Positions 11,625 to 26,600 of a DNA stretch of 64,000 nucleotides are shown piece after piece. Both the position numbers and the translations under genes were made by a program. Source of the DNA: Saprolegnia diclina VS20 (lineage: Eukaryota); NCBI RefSeq assembly GCF_000281045.1, contig NW_008246071.1, positions 695,315 to 759,314 on the forward strand. The letters are read 5' to 3'. Below the pieces are notes generated by a model. The model saw nothing but the letters and a program-made list of their open reading frames with translations, was not told the DNA's origin and ran no database searches. Every line of letters begins with the position of its first letter. Positions within the stretch are counted from its first letter, which is position 1.

Positions 11625-14600
11625 TCAGTAGCTATAGTTGGGTGGACTGTACCCCAACGCGTTGACGGCCGTGACGCGCGCGTAGAAGGGCGTGCCTGCC
11701 TCGACGTCACTCACCGTGTAGGCTCGAACGCTGTAGCGGTAGATGGGTAGCGCCTGCCCGGTGAAGGCCGGACAGGCCAGCGCGACGGTCACCGTCACTG
11801 TCGACGCCGTCACACTTGCCACCGAGTAGACGCAGCTGTAGCTGCCGATGCTAAAGACGTCATTGACGGCCAAGGTTGCGCGCAGATCGGCCGTCACACC
11901 GAGCGTCACGCCACTGAGCGTTTGCGCACAAGTGAGGCAGAACGGCTTGCGGGTCGTGCCGGGGGGCAAATTGAGTGCCAGCGCGGCGGCTTTGGCGCTG
12001 GCGTCGGTGGTTGTGAGCTGGCCCTGCGGCCGCAAGTACAGCGCATCGCATGCATTCAGTGTCGGTGTCGCGCGGCCGACGCCTTGGATCGGGTCCAAGC
12101 CAGGGCCGAAGAGCTTTTGCGAGACAGCGATCGCGCCCGTGAACGAGTTGCAGCCAGCGCTGAGCTGCGCCACAATCGTCGGTACGTCCCCAAGCGGCGT
12201 GGCCGTGAGCGCTGAGTAAAACGTAAACTCGTACATGTGGCCGAAGTTCCACGCCGCCGAGTTGTCGCCGTGCAGCGCCACCGTGACGCTGTCGAAGCCC
12301 GGCAGCGCGTTGATTTGCGTCTGAAGGTCGGCCGCGGCTATGTTCCAGTTGATGCACCCGACGACCGTGCTGCCAATCGCAAGTTGGAGCTGCTGGGTGA
12401 GCACCAGCGGCGGTGTCGCGGTCAGCGTGAGGTACTGCACCTCGGCGTTGTCGCCACACGTACTTCGGAACGTCGGCGTGTGGTCCCACTCGACAATGTA
12501 GTTGGAGACGGCGCTCCCGCCATAGCTGGTGGGCTCGTCCCAGTAGATGGCAAATGACGTGGCGGTTTGGCGAGCGATCGCTACGGTCGGCGGGCTCGAC
12601 GGCGCCCGTGCCGACGGTGTCACGGCCGCAAGCGCCGTAGCAAACGCACCGTACCCGACGCTGTTGTACGCGGCAACGCGCACTGTGTAGGATGTGGCGG
12701 ACGAGAGACCCGAGATCCACATCCAATGGGATGCGAGACCAATGCGGTGCTGGGGCAAACCTTTGGTAATTTCGGCAAAAATGATGGTGAGCCCACCCGT
12801 GACGGCCGTCGTTGCAAGCATCGGTATGTCCCCGAGCGACGAGTGGAATTGAAAGAGCACCGGACCCGGCGACGCACCCGCACAAATGGTCGCCTGCCCA
12901 TTGGGGAATATCACGGAGACGCTGCCAAAGGCCATGCCAATGAGGGCCGCTTGCACGTCGCCGACCGTCGCCGTTGCTGAGATCGTGGTCGACGACGTGC
13001 CCATGTAGGTCAAGACGAACGAACCCGCGTTGCCCAAGCACTTGAGCGACTGGACTTCTTGCTGGGACCCAATCGAGGCGGTTGCCGAGACGCTCTGTGC
13101 CCCGTTGATGACCGACTGGATGCAGTTGGCACGCGCCAGGTCGGCGCAAATGAGCAAGTTGGACGCAGCGACTTCGAGTCGCGAGCCAAGCTGTGTTTGC
13201 AGCAGCGACATCTGTTGTGTTGCTTGGTTGCCCGGGTACATGGTCTGGTAGAACGTGATCATCCACGAAAACCCCTACGCATGCATTCCTATGAGCCAAT
13301 GAAAGAGGCGCGAAGCGGTACATTGGGGCCAAGCACACGCGTGACGTCGACAGCGTCGATGGTGCAAAGAGCTTTCAACGCGGTTCGGAGGTCCGCTGCG
13401 GCAACGTCAAACGGTAGCTCGGGCGTGATTTGGCCGTCGAACGCCAAGTGAAATGTGCCGCCGAGGTAAGTGTAGGCACCGAGAGACGGCGCCGAGACGG
13501 ACACGACTTGCACGTCGTATTGACCGACTGTGTCGGCGTACTTCACAACCTGGTTGACCTTGGCGCCACTGGGCGTGAACCATTCGACGTTGAACTCGGA
13601 GACGTTGACACCACCGGAATGGACCGGATCACTCCACTGCGCGAGGATCTCCGTGTCCGAAACAACGTCGATACGCAGGTTTTGCACCAACCCCGGCACC
13701 GAGTTGGCCGGCTGGAGCATCGACGGCGTCGGGATCGAAAAGACACCGCTGCCCGCCACGTTGTGGGCAGCGACGCGGGCGAAGACACCGAGGCCGTTGT
13801 TGAGGACGGGGAATGTCACGCGTGCGACAGGCGTCACGACAACGACCGGGTCCAAGACCGCTCGGAGGTTCACGGCGTTGGCGACAATGGCAAAGAGCGA
13901 CGACGGCGTGTCACGAGTAAATGTGACGAGCCAGTCGTAGCCGTTCTGCGCAATTTCGCGCGTCACGTCGACCTTGCACGCGAGGGAAAGCGCTTCGATC
14001 GCAACTTTCACATCCGTCGCGGACGCCGACACGGGGATAGCAGCCGTCGTCTGGAGACGGTACAAGTTGACGTGCGGTCGCTGGAGCTTGCGCGTGACGG
14101 GCACGTTGGGTGTCGCCCCAACAAATGCTCCGCAGCCGTTGGTGCCGACGTGCAGCACTTGAAGCAGTGGCATTTCGCCTCGAACAGCGGTGCCCGTGAA
14201 CGTCACCGTGTACACGACCACCGTCGGGTTCAGGTACAGCACACGCGAGACGCTCACTTGGTCGACGTTGGGCATCGTTTGGAGCTCCGCTGCGAGTGCG
14301 AGGCTATCGGTGACACCCGCCGCCGCCGACGTGCCCGACGCCCAGAGAAGACACCCGACGTCCATGTTGATGTTGGCATCTCCATTGCCACCAGCAATTG
14401 TCGTCGCCGTCACTGCGGCGCCGAGTTGGAGTCGAAAGCCGCCACTGCCAGGCGTAAAGTCTCCTGTCGTGGCTGAGATGGTGATCGTTTGGATGTCTTG
14501 CGTCGCATACGCAAGCGTGTCGGCGGTGAGACTGGACGCCGTTGCCGGATTGACGCTATCGCCCATGGGCAGCGCCGCAGCCGTCAAGCCAGTACAAGCG

Positions 14601-17600
14601 CAGTTGCCCGCACTGCATGGCGTGTAAACGCGTGCGATCTGCCCGTTAAAGGGGTCGCCGATGCGGAAGTAGTCTTGGCACCCGAGACGCGAGAGTGCAT
14701 TTTGCGTCCCCGCCACGTCGTCCCAGACGCCGTTGAGTGTGTTGCCCGCCGCCTGCCCCACAATCAAGTTGGTAAAGGACCCGAGCGCCGTATCGAGGAT
14801 GAACAACGGTGCTTCCACGATCGACGGGCCGGCAAAGACGGCAACCGCCCACGGATTGGTCGCCGAGCAAATCGGAACCGTGTTGGGTCCCCAGAGGATC
14901 TGGAGTGGCAAACCGGCGGCTGGCCCAAAGTTGGCGTAGCAGTTGTGCGCGACGGTAAACATCGTCGGCGTCGGGAACGTCAAGATCGTCATGGCACACG
15001 ACGACACTTGCAGCTTCGTCCCAATGGCAAGCAGCGCGTTGCCCGTGAGACTTGCCGACATTGTCACGGTACTCGCCGTAAAGTCAAACGACGAGACAGT
15101 CGCACTAGGATACACGAGTGCAATCGTCGGGTCCAAGCACACGCGGAAGGTCAGCCCCGCAATTTGAACAAACTCGCCGCGACCCAAAAGCCGCGTCAGG
15201 TCGACAGGGACGAGCCCCTGCGTTGGGTCGGTCGGAATTTGAGTGATGAACGAAGTGCCGACCGCTAGGTTGAAGTAGCTGCCCACTTCAACCGAGAACA
15301 CCCCATAGTAGTCGGCCATCGAGAGCGCAAACGTTGAAGTCACGGGGCCAATGCCCGCCGACGTGGTGATGCGCATGTACTTGGCCGATGGCGCCACCGT
15401 TGGCAGCGTCACCTGCGTCGAAAAGCCGACGTCGTAGGCATACTGTACAACATAGCCATCGACCACCGCGCCACCGGATCGTTCGACCTGATCAAACTGC
15501 ACTTGGACTGACGTGGCACTGCGCGACCGCATGCTAACGCGGTTGAGGGCACTCGGGACACCAATCGGCGTGTACGGTTGTGTGGCGGCGCCATACATGC
15601 CGTAGCCGAGGTCGTTGGCGGCCATGACGCGCACATAGTAGGCGACGCCGGGCGTGAGGTTTGGGAGCACTGCCGACGTCTGTGACGCGGGTACGGTCGT
15701 CGACATGTAGTTCGACGGACGCACGCCCTGCGGGTTGTACGACACGACAATGTTGGGCAAGGTTCCCGTGAGACCGATGGTGTTGACGCGCAAGACGTTT
15801 GGAGCCGAGAGAGGTCCGAGCTGACTTAAGAACGAGACGGTCCACACGTATGCACCGAGCGTACCCGTGCGCGCAACCGAGAGCATGCCAACACTTGGCA
15901 AATTCTGCAGTGCGACTTGGAGCGACGTTGCCGACACGTCGTATGTCACAGGCTGCGTTCGAGCCTGCGTGTACATGACAGCATTTTGCACTGTCGTGCC
16001 TGCGTACGGCGTCGGAAGGTTGGCGGTCGTTGCAGGACCTTGGTTGAGGTAGTTGGTCGCATCGGCCAATGGGATCTGCGTACTGGAGAGCGTCCCAGTC
16101 GCTGCCACAAGGTACACGACGTTGTTGATCGCGACAAGGTCACCACGGTAGAGGTAGCTCGTTAGATCCACCGACGTAGTGACAAACGATTGTCCTTGCA
16201 CGACACTGACGACGCCGGGAAGCGCCACTGAGACGGGCCCGAACCCCACCGTAAAGATGCCACCAGAGATGGTGCCCGTCGACGTCAGTACTTGCACCGT
16301 CTGGACACCAAACCACGGTGCGGCGACAGCTTTGGTAAACCACTCGACCAAGTAGCCGGATAGGCCTGCACCCGAGGACGTTGGTGGCGTCCATGTCACC
16401 AAAAGCGACGTGCCGGTCGTATCGGCACCAGCACTCAGCACAATATTCGGCACTGCAAGTGGCTTCTGGTGGGGTGTCGTTGTTGCTGGTAACGTCGCCA
16501 CGGGTTCACCGGCGCCGAGCTGGTTGTTGGCGCAGTACATGCGTACGTAATACGTTGTGCCCATGGTGAGCCCCGTGATAGCCATTTGATTACCAGCCGC
16601 GTTGGTTCCGGCTATCGTAGTGGCGCCCAATGGAGCCCCCGATGCGCCGCTATTGAACGACGCGGCGGGATCCCACTCGATGGTGCAACTGATGATCGGA
16701 GCGCCCCCGGAAAACGCCGGTGGCAAGTACGAGACTTGGAGCGACGTCGGTCCCGTCATATACAGCGCCGGCGCCGCCAATGTATTGTAGAGCGACGTCG
16801 GTCGACCCGGTAGCGCATATGGCACCATGAGCGATGCCGGCGCGGTCGCTCGCACCAAACCATAGCCCAGCGCCGTGTATGCCGAGACGCGGGCATGATA
16901 GACAACCCCGGCCGTGAGTCCTTGAATCATGTGCGTGATGGGATACGTCGTCGTCGGCGTGACTGTCACGATGTCACACACGTTGGTGTTGCAGTATGCC
17001 CCTGCAACGATGGCACCGACCGTCGTTTGGGTCACGGTGATCGACGCCACGCCCCCGACAGCCGTGAGCGCATTTGTCACTGTCAGCGCGGGAATCGGTC
17101 CGACGTCTGACAAAAACGTGATGGTCCATGCCCGCTCGTTATTGGCCGTGGGCGCCGACACGGCGACTTGCACGCCTCCGATGTTGGGCATGTTTTGTAG
17201 CAGTCGTGTTAGCGTCGGGACGTCGGCATTGAAGGGAATCATAGATGACACGGCCGCCGCCTTGACGTGACACAACGTACATGCCGTCGTGTCGAGGGCG
17301 AGCGCAAAGCCTCCGGAGAGTTGACCACTCGACGACACCGTCGCTATCGTCTGGACGTGCTGGGTGTAGCCTGTCCACGGCGCCGTGCTCCACTCGACCA
17401 GGTACTGCGTCACGGTACTACCTCCGATACCATAGACGTCGGTCGCAAGCGTCGTGGACGGTGGCATCCATGAAACAACAAGTGAGCTCACAAGGCTCGC
17501 AGGAGTTGCCGATGAAGGTTGCGGCAGCAGCTGAATGTTGCTTGGTGGATCACTCGTTGCAATTGGGGCGACGGTTGCAAAGGCGCTGGGGACGCCTTTT

Positions 17601-20600
17601 CCGAGCGAGTTAAAGGCCGTTGCACGCAAGTAATACGTGCTGCCCATCGTTAGCGAGCTGATCGTTGCCGTGTACCAGTCGTTTTCGGCCAGCGCATACG
17701 TTTGACTAGTAAAGTCGGCGCAACTATAGCCGGGCGCAACGGTCACGACGGGCGCGGCGACCGAGACGACTTGCACTTGGCAGTTGAGACTGCCAGCTCC
17801 GATCACGAGCCGCGCTCCGACGGCGACTTGACTGGCAAAACCACTAGAAAGAGCGAGCACGTTGGTTTGCAGCGAGGTCGCACACGTGGGACAAGTGGCC
17901 GTTGAGCTCGACAGCGACGTTGGGCCGGATGGTGTCACCGTCAAGCTGCTCGCAGCGGGGGACGAGAACGTCGATGTCAAGTCCCACTCCACCATGAAGC
18001 TTGAGATGGCTTCCGGGCCGTGCCAGTACGCACTGTCACGCACGGCGACCACCAACGATGTTGACGAGAACCCATTGCCGTTGCCGACTCCCGAGACGAG
18101 TTGCATCGGCAAGACCAGAGTCGGCTGCGCAGGCAGTTGTCGGCTCACGATAGCATTGCCCCCTGGGCTTGCCGTGCATGAGATCAGAGTCGGGTCGCAC
18201 GTTGGCGTCGCCGCCGCTGGAGTCCCAATGCCAAAGACGCTCCACGATCGCATGCGCAGTGTATACGCCGTATTGGGAACGATCGAGATCAGCGAGGTGA
18301 ACGGGTTGCTGAGCGACGACGTCGGCACCACCGTGTAGCCGCCGCCGGCACCGTTGACGAGCGTCATAAAGATTGAGGACGCGGAAAAGCCTGCGCATCC
18401 GTGGTTGGGCTGGACGGTCATGGTGCCGGTGTTGGTTCCCGCGTTCCAGATTTGGGCCGCGTTGACAATCATGAGACACGGGGGCGATGCAGTAGTCGCC
18501 AACTGAAAGAGCGTTCCTGCCGTCAGTGTCACTTGAGCATTCATTGTCAGCGTGACGCCCGAGAGCGCAGTGACGCAACCGCCGCAGACGTCACTTGTCA
18601 CAAAGGCAGTCGTCGAGAACTCGATCATGTACGACAAAATCGGTGCGCCGTTCGTGGTGCTAGGTGGACCCCATGTAAGTCGCAGTGCCGTACGATCGGC
18701 AGCATTTGCAAAGACAAGGACACTTGTCGGTGGCGGTGGCTTGCTCCCCGAATAAATGCTTCCATCGGTAGGACAACCACCAGGGCACAGCGTCGGGGCT
18801 GCCACTTGCGCCGGGCTTGTCCCTGCTGAGTTGGTAGCCGCGACTCGCACGTAATAGGGCGCGCCAGATGTCAAGAACCCACCATCGATCAACGTTGACG
18901 TCCATACGTTGCCACCGGCCAAGACCGTGCAGCCTCCCGACCCGTCGTATGCCACCGGTAGCAGTTGCGGCACGTTGCCAGCAACCAGCGGCCCGGTGAA
19001 CGTGACGCGGAGCTGTGTGGTGCCTACAGCGGCCCCCGGCTGACTTGATACAGTGACCACGTCGATGTTAGCGAGCGTCATAATGGCCGCCCCGAGCGCC
19101 GTCGCGGTAGCCGTTGCAGTGATGCAGCTTGTCGTTGGTTTGGCGTGCAGACTGTAAGTGCCTGTCGTGAGGCTGCACGTGGCGCCAGCAACAACGTTGA
19201 CCACGTTGGCCGTCGGCGTTGCCGTTGCTGCAACGACAAACGCGCACGCGGCCCCGAGCTTATCAACCACGAATTTCACATTGGCACCAAGTTTCGGTCG
19301 CAGGTCCGGGCCATTGTACGTGATTTGGGTGCCCGTGATGGTAATCGTGCACGCAGCGCAGAGAAGCGTCGAGTAGTCCGCGTCATAGACGAGTTGGTAC
19401 GAGCCGCTGGTGGCCGAAATCGATATCGTCTGGACTTCGGCGCCGAGAGGATACGAGCACGGTGTCAAGGCGCACGACTGAACAGACCCATCACCTTTGT
19501 ACATGCTCATGGGGTACCGTGTCGGGCTATTGAACTGGACGTTGTTGGCAACGTCTACTTGGTACTCGGCGATGACGGCGCCGCCGTCACCCTCAAGGAA
19601 TCCGAGCGCGTTCACCGTAGGCTCCATGAACACGACACTGAGTTGGCTCGCAATATTCACGGGGCTCACGTACACGGCCACGCTCTGCGGCAGGTACGGA
19701 ATCTGAACCGTCGGAACGACAGGCACGCCCGCAGCAACGACAGCGCCGCTGTAGCCTTTGTTGGACGCCGCAAGCTGTCCGTTGTACGCCGAGACACGGA
19801 CGTAGTAGGTCGTGTCCGTTGTTAGCCCAATGATTTGGTAGTTCGTGGTCGGAGCCGCGACGACAGCAACCGTGCCATGCACCGTGCCAAACGACGACCC
19901 CGACTGGACGCAGTTGAGAAACTGGTACGTTGTATCCCACTCGACCAAGTACTTATTGACGCCAACGACGTACTGCGGCGGCTGCCACTGTACACCGAGC
20001 GACGTGCTCGACACGACAGTTGCCGTCACTTGGCGAGGAAGGTCGGAGCGCCGCAGCGACGGCTGGATCCACATGGGCAGCGGGTACACCCCTGGAATGA
20101 CGTCGGTTGCTGTGAAATCCGAGTTGGCCAGCGTCCCCGCCGACACGGCGACGGTAAGTGCCCCGAGCGCACTTGGTGCAACGTTGCTGATCGACGACGA
20201 TGCAAACGTGATGAACCATTCGACGCGAAACGCCGCCGTGTTGATGCCAGACGTATCCAGCGTCACGCCCGTGGGGCCACTCGAGTGATCGCTTCGCGTG
20301 ACAAAGACGGTGCCCACTGGCACGAGAGCTTGCAGCGCGGTTTGAATCTGGCTCGCACCGGCGTTAAACGGCACGGCCACCGAGAGGGCCGTCGGAAAAT
20401 TCGCAAAGCTGAGTGTAAACGTCTGCGGGGTCGCCAAAATCGCATTGATGTTGGTGTTGGAAACAACGAGCCGCGTGACCCGATCGTTGACATACCTTGG
20501 CACGGCCGACGTCGGCGCACTGAACCCGGCAGCGTTGGTCGCCAAAACGCGAACGTAGTATTGGCTTGACGCTACGACGCCTGAGATGACGTACACGTAT

Positions 20601-23600
20601 TTTCGTTGACCAGCCACCGCCGGCACGGAAGCCGACCCAGAGGTTGGGCTGCTCATGCCAAACGAGACTGTCGTGTCCCATTGCACTTTGTAGTTGACAA
20701 CTGAGGCGTCGAGCGGGGCTGTCCAAGAGACGCTGATTTGGGTGTCGGAGAGAATCGATGCGACGGCTCGAGGCACCGGCGACGGCGGCACAAGCTGCGG
20801 TGCGACTGCAAATGGATACACAAAAGGTGTGCTTGTGCCAAACGCTGTCACGGTCTGAAGCCGCACAAAGTACGCATGGCTGCCAACCATGCCCGGTAGC
20901 GCCACCGACGACGGAAGTCCGCCAGCGACAACTTGCTGCGTTGCGACACAAGGCGAAGTGCCCGATAGCGAGCCGCCACACGCAAGGGACCGAGGCACGA
21001 GACCTAGTGTCGTCGCCACAAGCAAGAGAGGTACGTTGCCGTCGGACGCGCTAAAGGTCACGAGCCACTTGGTACCATACTGGGGTCGCGACGTCGTTGC
21101 ATCCGATACGACCGTCTCGGACGTCACCGAGACCGTAGAAATGGACGTCAACCCTTGCAGTGCCTGGGCCACCACGCTGCTGGACGCTGTGACTGGAATG
21201 TTGACGGTCGTTTGGCCGCAAAAGACCAAATTGAAGTAGCCGCCAAGGTCGGCGTTGCCAGCGTACGCGACGACCGACTGGATCTCGGGAACAGGTCCAA
21301 CCAGCGTGGTAGATTTCGTCGAAAATGGAGCAAACGACCCCGGAGTAACTTCGGTCACGGTCAATGCAACGTTAGCGCCTTGTAGTCCAGTCGCCGACGC
21401 CAGCAGCAGTGGAAGATTGCCAGAGGTGCCGTTGAATGTCACGGTCCACGTATTCCCAAAGCCATTGCTTGGAGCTCTAGTTACAACCGCACCTTGCACC
21501 GTCGGGAGAGCGTTGAGCGCGTCCGCGACCAAACTGGCTGTACTGTTAGACGATAGAGCCGATGTACTGTAGCTCTTGAACGACAGTGAGAACGTCCCAG
21601 CAAGAGCGCTGGTGCCAGAAAGAACGATGCGTTGGACCTCGGGCATCCCAGGTGTCGTATCGACATCCACAATGTACGACGAGATGGGGATGCCACCCGT
21701 GTTTAGCGGCGGTGTCCACGACACCAGCAGGGAGGTGCTGGACGCTGGTTCGACGACGATGTTTGTTGGTGCATCGGGCGTCGACGCCACGGCGAGCGCC
21801 GGTGGTGTTGCATACATGGTGGCCCCAAACGTATTTTGAAATCCATTCCAAGCTGAGACGCGCACAAAGTACGACGCCCCCCGGCGAACGTTGGCAATCG
21901 CGTACGAGACGACCGACTGCCCTTGCACAATGGGCACAACCGCGGAGCCGTAGAGAGCACTGCTCATCGTGGGCAACGTGCCTGGCTTGGGGAGCACTTG
22001 GAACGAAATCGTTGCCGTCGGGATGGTGCTCGAGAGCGCGTTCGTACTTGGCGACAGCAGCGGCTGACTGCCCAATTGCGTTGAAAACACGACTACCCAA
22101 GCGTAGCCGAGACCACCCGCATACCGCGAGACCCACAGATCGCCCGTGTTGCCAAGACCAAGCAGTGCACTTTGAACCGCCGTGGCACTGGCGTCGACAG
22201 GTAGCGCGACAGTCGTTTGGCTGTTGAACGTCAGCGTAAACGAGCCCTGCAGTGTACCCGCATTGGTCGAGAGCACGAGCGTCTGCTGGTCGTAGCCATT
22301 GTAGGCCGAGATCGACGTTGTGATTGTGAGCTGCGCGTTCGTGCCCGTGAGGAGCGACGTGGCAATCGCGGTTTTTGACGCCGCAAAGTTGACGTTCGTG
22401 TCGGACGCGTCAATCGAGCCCAACAGCAGCGGAATGTCCCCGTTGCGCAGCGCGTTTTCTCGGTTTGTAAGGAACGTCACGAGCCACTGGAAGCCGTTGC
22501 CGACGGTACTTCGAGACACAGCGACGACGCCAATCGAATCGAGTGCCTGCAGCGCTGCTTGGAGATCGTTGGCTGACACACTGTACGCGAGCCACGGCGT
22601 GACGTGGTTGGCAAACGCGAGGCGAAATTGCCCGTTCAAATTGAACGCCGACGCCGATACGATGATGCTCTGGACGGCGCGCGTCATGTAGAGCAAGCTG
22701 GAGGTCGCCAGCCCCGGCGTGGCGTCGACCGCTTCTTGGCTCATGCAATCCCACTCGACTTTATACGCTGTCACGAGCGCCCCACCGTTGTCGTGTAGTG
22801 TGCTAAAGTTGACAACGATCGAGTTGTTGGCGCCGCCACCGAGCGTGATTCGTGTCGGCGGCGATGGAAACGACATGGGCACCGTCGCTGCTGGCATCGG
22901 CACGCCGGCGTTGTCCGAGTACCCGTACGCGTTGTAAGCGTACACTCGGACGTAGTAGGGTGTGCCTTTGACAAGGTTCCCAATGCCCATTTGACACGGA
23001 CTGAGGAGGCAATCGACGCCTGGCAGCACGACCGACGACATGTCGTAGCCGAGCGCACCGCCGTCGACGCCACTGGTGAACATCGGCGACGTGTCCCACT
23101 CGATGCGGTACTTGGTAATGGCGTTGCCGCCGCTGCTCGCGGGCTGGTTCCAGTACACGACGAGCGTTGAGGCTGCAACCGGTGCCACACGAACGTTTAG
23201 AGGAGCATCGGGGGCTTGTTGCGGCGGGTACGCGGCCGTCGACGCCGTCGGAACGCCGTACCCCTGGCCGTTGTAGACCGAGACTTGCGCAACATACGAA
23301 GTCCCCGGCACCAAGTTGGTCAAGAGGTAGTTGAACGGAGGCGGTGCAAGGCCTGCCGCGCTGACCTCAATGCTCTGGAGACTCTGCGGTGGCATGCCAG
23401 GTGTCGTGTAGCCAATGACAGCTGCCAGTCCCGTCGCCGTGGCGCCAGTGTACGGCACCGTGAGCGTTACCTGGTTGGTTTGGACGCTTGCGACGAGGTA
23501 GACAGTCCCAGCAATCGAAATGCCTTGCCCGATCGACGCCGATGTCTGGATGCCCACGGAAGTCACGACCACTGAGTTTTGAATGACGTCGACGTTGATT

Positions 23601-26600
23601 GACGTCGCACCGACGTGCGCCGGGTTCAAGTTGGCGCCAATGTCAATCACGAGGTTGGGCGACTGCAAATCGTGCGTGAGCGGGATCGACAGCACCTTCC
23701 CGCGCGGGTACTCGCTCAGAAACGTGATCGTCCACGCGTACCCACCGCTCGTGCTCGGGGACCGGACGACTTGGATCGACCGAAGGCTCTTCAAGCTGCT
23801 CAAGCTTGCCGCCATGGCCGCTGCGCTGGCCGAGACGGGCAAAAAGTCCGTTGTCGCTTGGTCGTACGTGATCTGGAACGAGCCTGTGACGGCCACACTG
23901 TTGGAGTCGAAGATGCTGATCATCTGAACCTCTGGAATACCAGGCGACGCGGCTTGGTACCACTCGAGAAGATACTTGGTCACGTCGCTACCTTCGGCGT
24001 TGGGCGACGGCAGCCAAGCAAGCTCGAGCGACGAGCATGCGTCTTGAACGCTGTGGAAACCATCGGCCATGACGGCGCTCAGTGTGACCCCACTCGCGAT
24101 GGGAATGGCGTCCGCTTTGGTCATCGGAATTGCGGAAAGTGGTGCGCCCACGGGAACGCTGGGCCCCATGACATTGATGGCGCGCACTCGGACATAGTAC
24201 AACGTGCCGGGCGTCAAGGACGAGATCGTGTGCTTGAACATCGTCGACGACGGGTACTCTGTGAGGAATGAGGCTGGGGTTTGCGTGAACGACATATTCT
24301 GGACGCTAAAGTTGGCCGCTACATCCCATTCGACGAGATACGACGTCACGATCGCGCCGTTGACCGCAGCGGGCGGCCCCCAAAAGACGCGCAGGCTCGA
24401 GCTGGAGCCAGCAACAAGGTTCAAAACCACAGAGGTCGGGGCGCTCGGTACGGCCATTGGCTTGAGCGTCGTCACCACCGACGGCAAACCATACCCAGCG
24501 CTCGTGTGAGCCGAAACACGAACGTTGAAACCACCGGTGGCACCACCGTCACCCGGAAAGGCCGGTGCCGTGACGCCCGCTGCTTGCACGAGCCCAGTTA
24601 TCGTGTACGTGTAGGGAGCGAAGGGTGCCACGACCAGCGACACACCCGTGCTTGAAAGTGGCACAGGCATGGTCCCAACAACGCTGTCAGCAATGGCGCA
24701 AGTGAGAGCTACGACACCGGCAGGGGTTCCCGTGACAGTCGTCGTCGCACCGGCACAAATGACGGCGGCGGTCGACCCGAGAAGCAACGTTCCGTCGACC
24801 ACGAGCGGGGCCACGACGCCGAATTGCGTCACAAACGTGATCGTATACGTGTACGCTTGGCCCGTCACTGTGTACGAGACGGCAACGTGGCCAGCGCCAG
24901 GGAGAGCTTCAAGCGCCGCCGCTACGTCCGAGTACAGTGCGTTCCACGCAAGTGGGCCCGTGGTCCCAGCGCCGTTGCTGAGTGTAAACGAGCCGCCAGT
25001 GACGGCGAGTGCTAGCTTGAGCGTCTGTTGCGCCAAAACGCCTGCCGGCGATGGAGGCCACCACTCGACGAGGTACCGATCAACGACAGCACCACCGTCA
25101 TTGGCAGGTGGTGAGAACGTGACAAGTAAGGACTGCGCGCCTGCAATGCTTAGCACGGGCGACAGCGGTGGTGTGGGAAGAATGCCATACGGAGCAACTG
25201 CGAACGGGCTTGCCTTGATCGGTGCGTCCGGGTAAAAGAGGCGCTCGGAAGGCACGACGCTCCAATCTTGGGACGGACTCGACCACGACAAGATGCACGC
25301 CGCGGTTCCCGTGTTTTCTCGGTACTCGAGCACAATATCGTAGAGCCGCCCGGCCACAAGTGCTGTCGTGTTGGAAACGTACGTAGTCGTCGAGCTCACG
25401 TCAATGTCGTAGGCATCGAGCACCAAGACGTGGTTGACCCACAGCCGCGCACCGTCGTCGACTTGAACGCTGAATGTGTACGGCTCCGAGAAGGCTGGTT
25501 GGAGATAGCCTGCCCAGCGCACGCTCACATAATCTTGGCCCGTCGGCGTAATGAACGTGTCCCAATAAAAGTTGACGTCAGCATCAATGCGCTCGAGCAC
25601 CGGGTCGCCGAGGAGCCACCGGTTGTTGAAGTACGAGCCCACAAGACCGTTCGGGAACGCGTGTATGACATCCAAATTGTACGTCCCAGTGCGTGGCGTC
25701 GTGTACGTGGCCAGGTACTGCCCCGGCGCCGCATACGAGGCATAGCCCGTGACGGTGGCCCCACCGCGAAGCCGGGGCACAAAATACTCGCCCTGTTGAC
25801 CATATTGACTGGGTGTCGCACCTTGCACCGACGAAGGGCACGTAGGCGCGACCGAGATGGAGACCTGTGCACCAGTGAGCAGCTGGCCTTCGGCGTACAG
25901 GAGATCGAGGTTGCCGTCAATCGCAAGCAGCGTAATGGTCCACGTGAAGCCGTTGTTGGCCCCCGCCACGGGCGAAGTGACTTGGACAGCGTAAATGTCA
26001 GGCAACTGCTGCAGCGCCGACGTGAGTGCAGCCGACGAAATTGAAAACAAAAGGTCCGGCGTCCGTGCTCCATGAAACGAGATGAAAAACGTGCCCCCGA
26101 TCGGCGACGATGCCGTTGTGTGCAGCTGTTGCGTGTAGTTGGTAGTACATGCCGTCACGACGACAGACGCCGTGCCAATACCGTTCGAGGTACTGAGCGC
26201 GCTACTGTCAGCTGCGATCGAAGGTACGTCACCGAGGTTCGAGTCGAACGTGACGACATATGTGTACCCCATGAGCGAGTGCACGTACAAGTTGGTGGTT
26301 CCGCTTGTGGGGCCAGAGTACGGCGACGACAAGAGCAGAGTCGTTGTTGTGACTTGGTCAACCGTGTACACGGGACCCGACGTACTCTGCAGGCGCACCC
26401 AGTCGCCAGCATTAACAGTGCCGACCAAGGAGACCGACGTTGTGATCGTCTGCGAAAGATACGTGGCCGACACGGTGCGCAAGAACGTCGTCGCACTCGT
26501 CGTGCTGACTTGGACCAAACCGATGGTGGGAAGAGCATTCAGGGCCGCTTGAACCGTTGCGATACCCGCTTTCCACGCCAGTGCCGTCGTTGTCGCACCT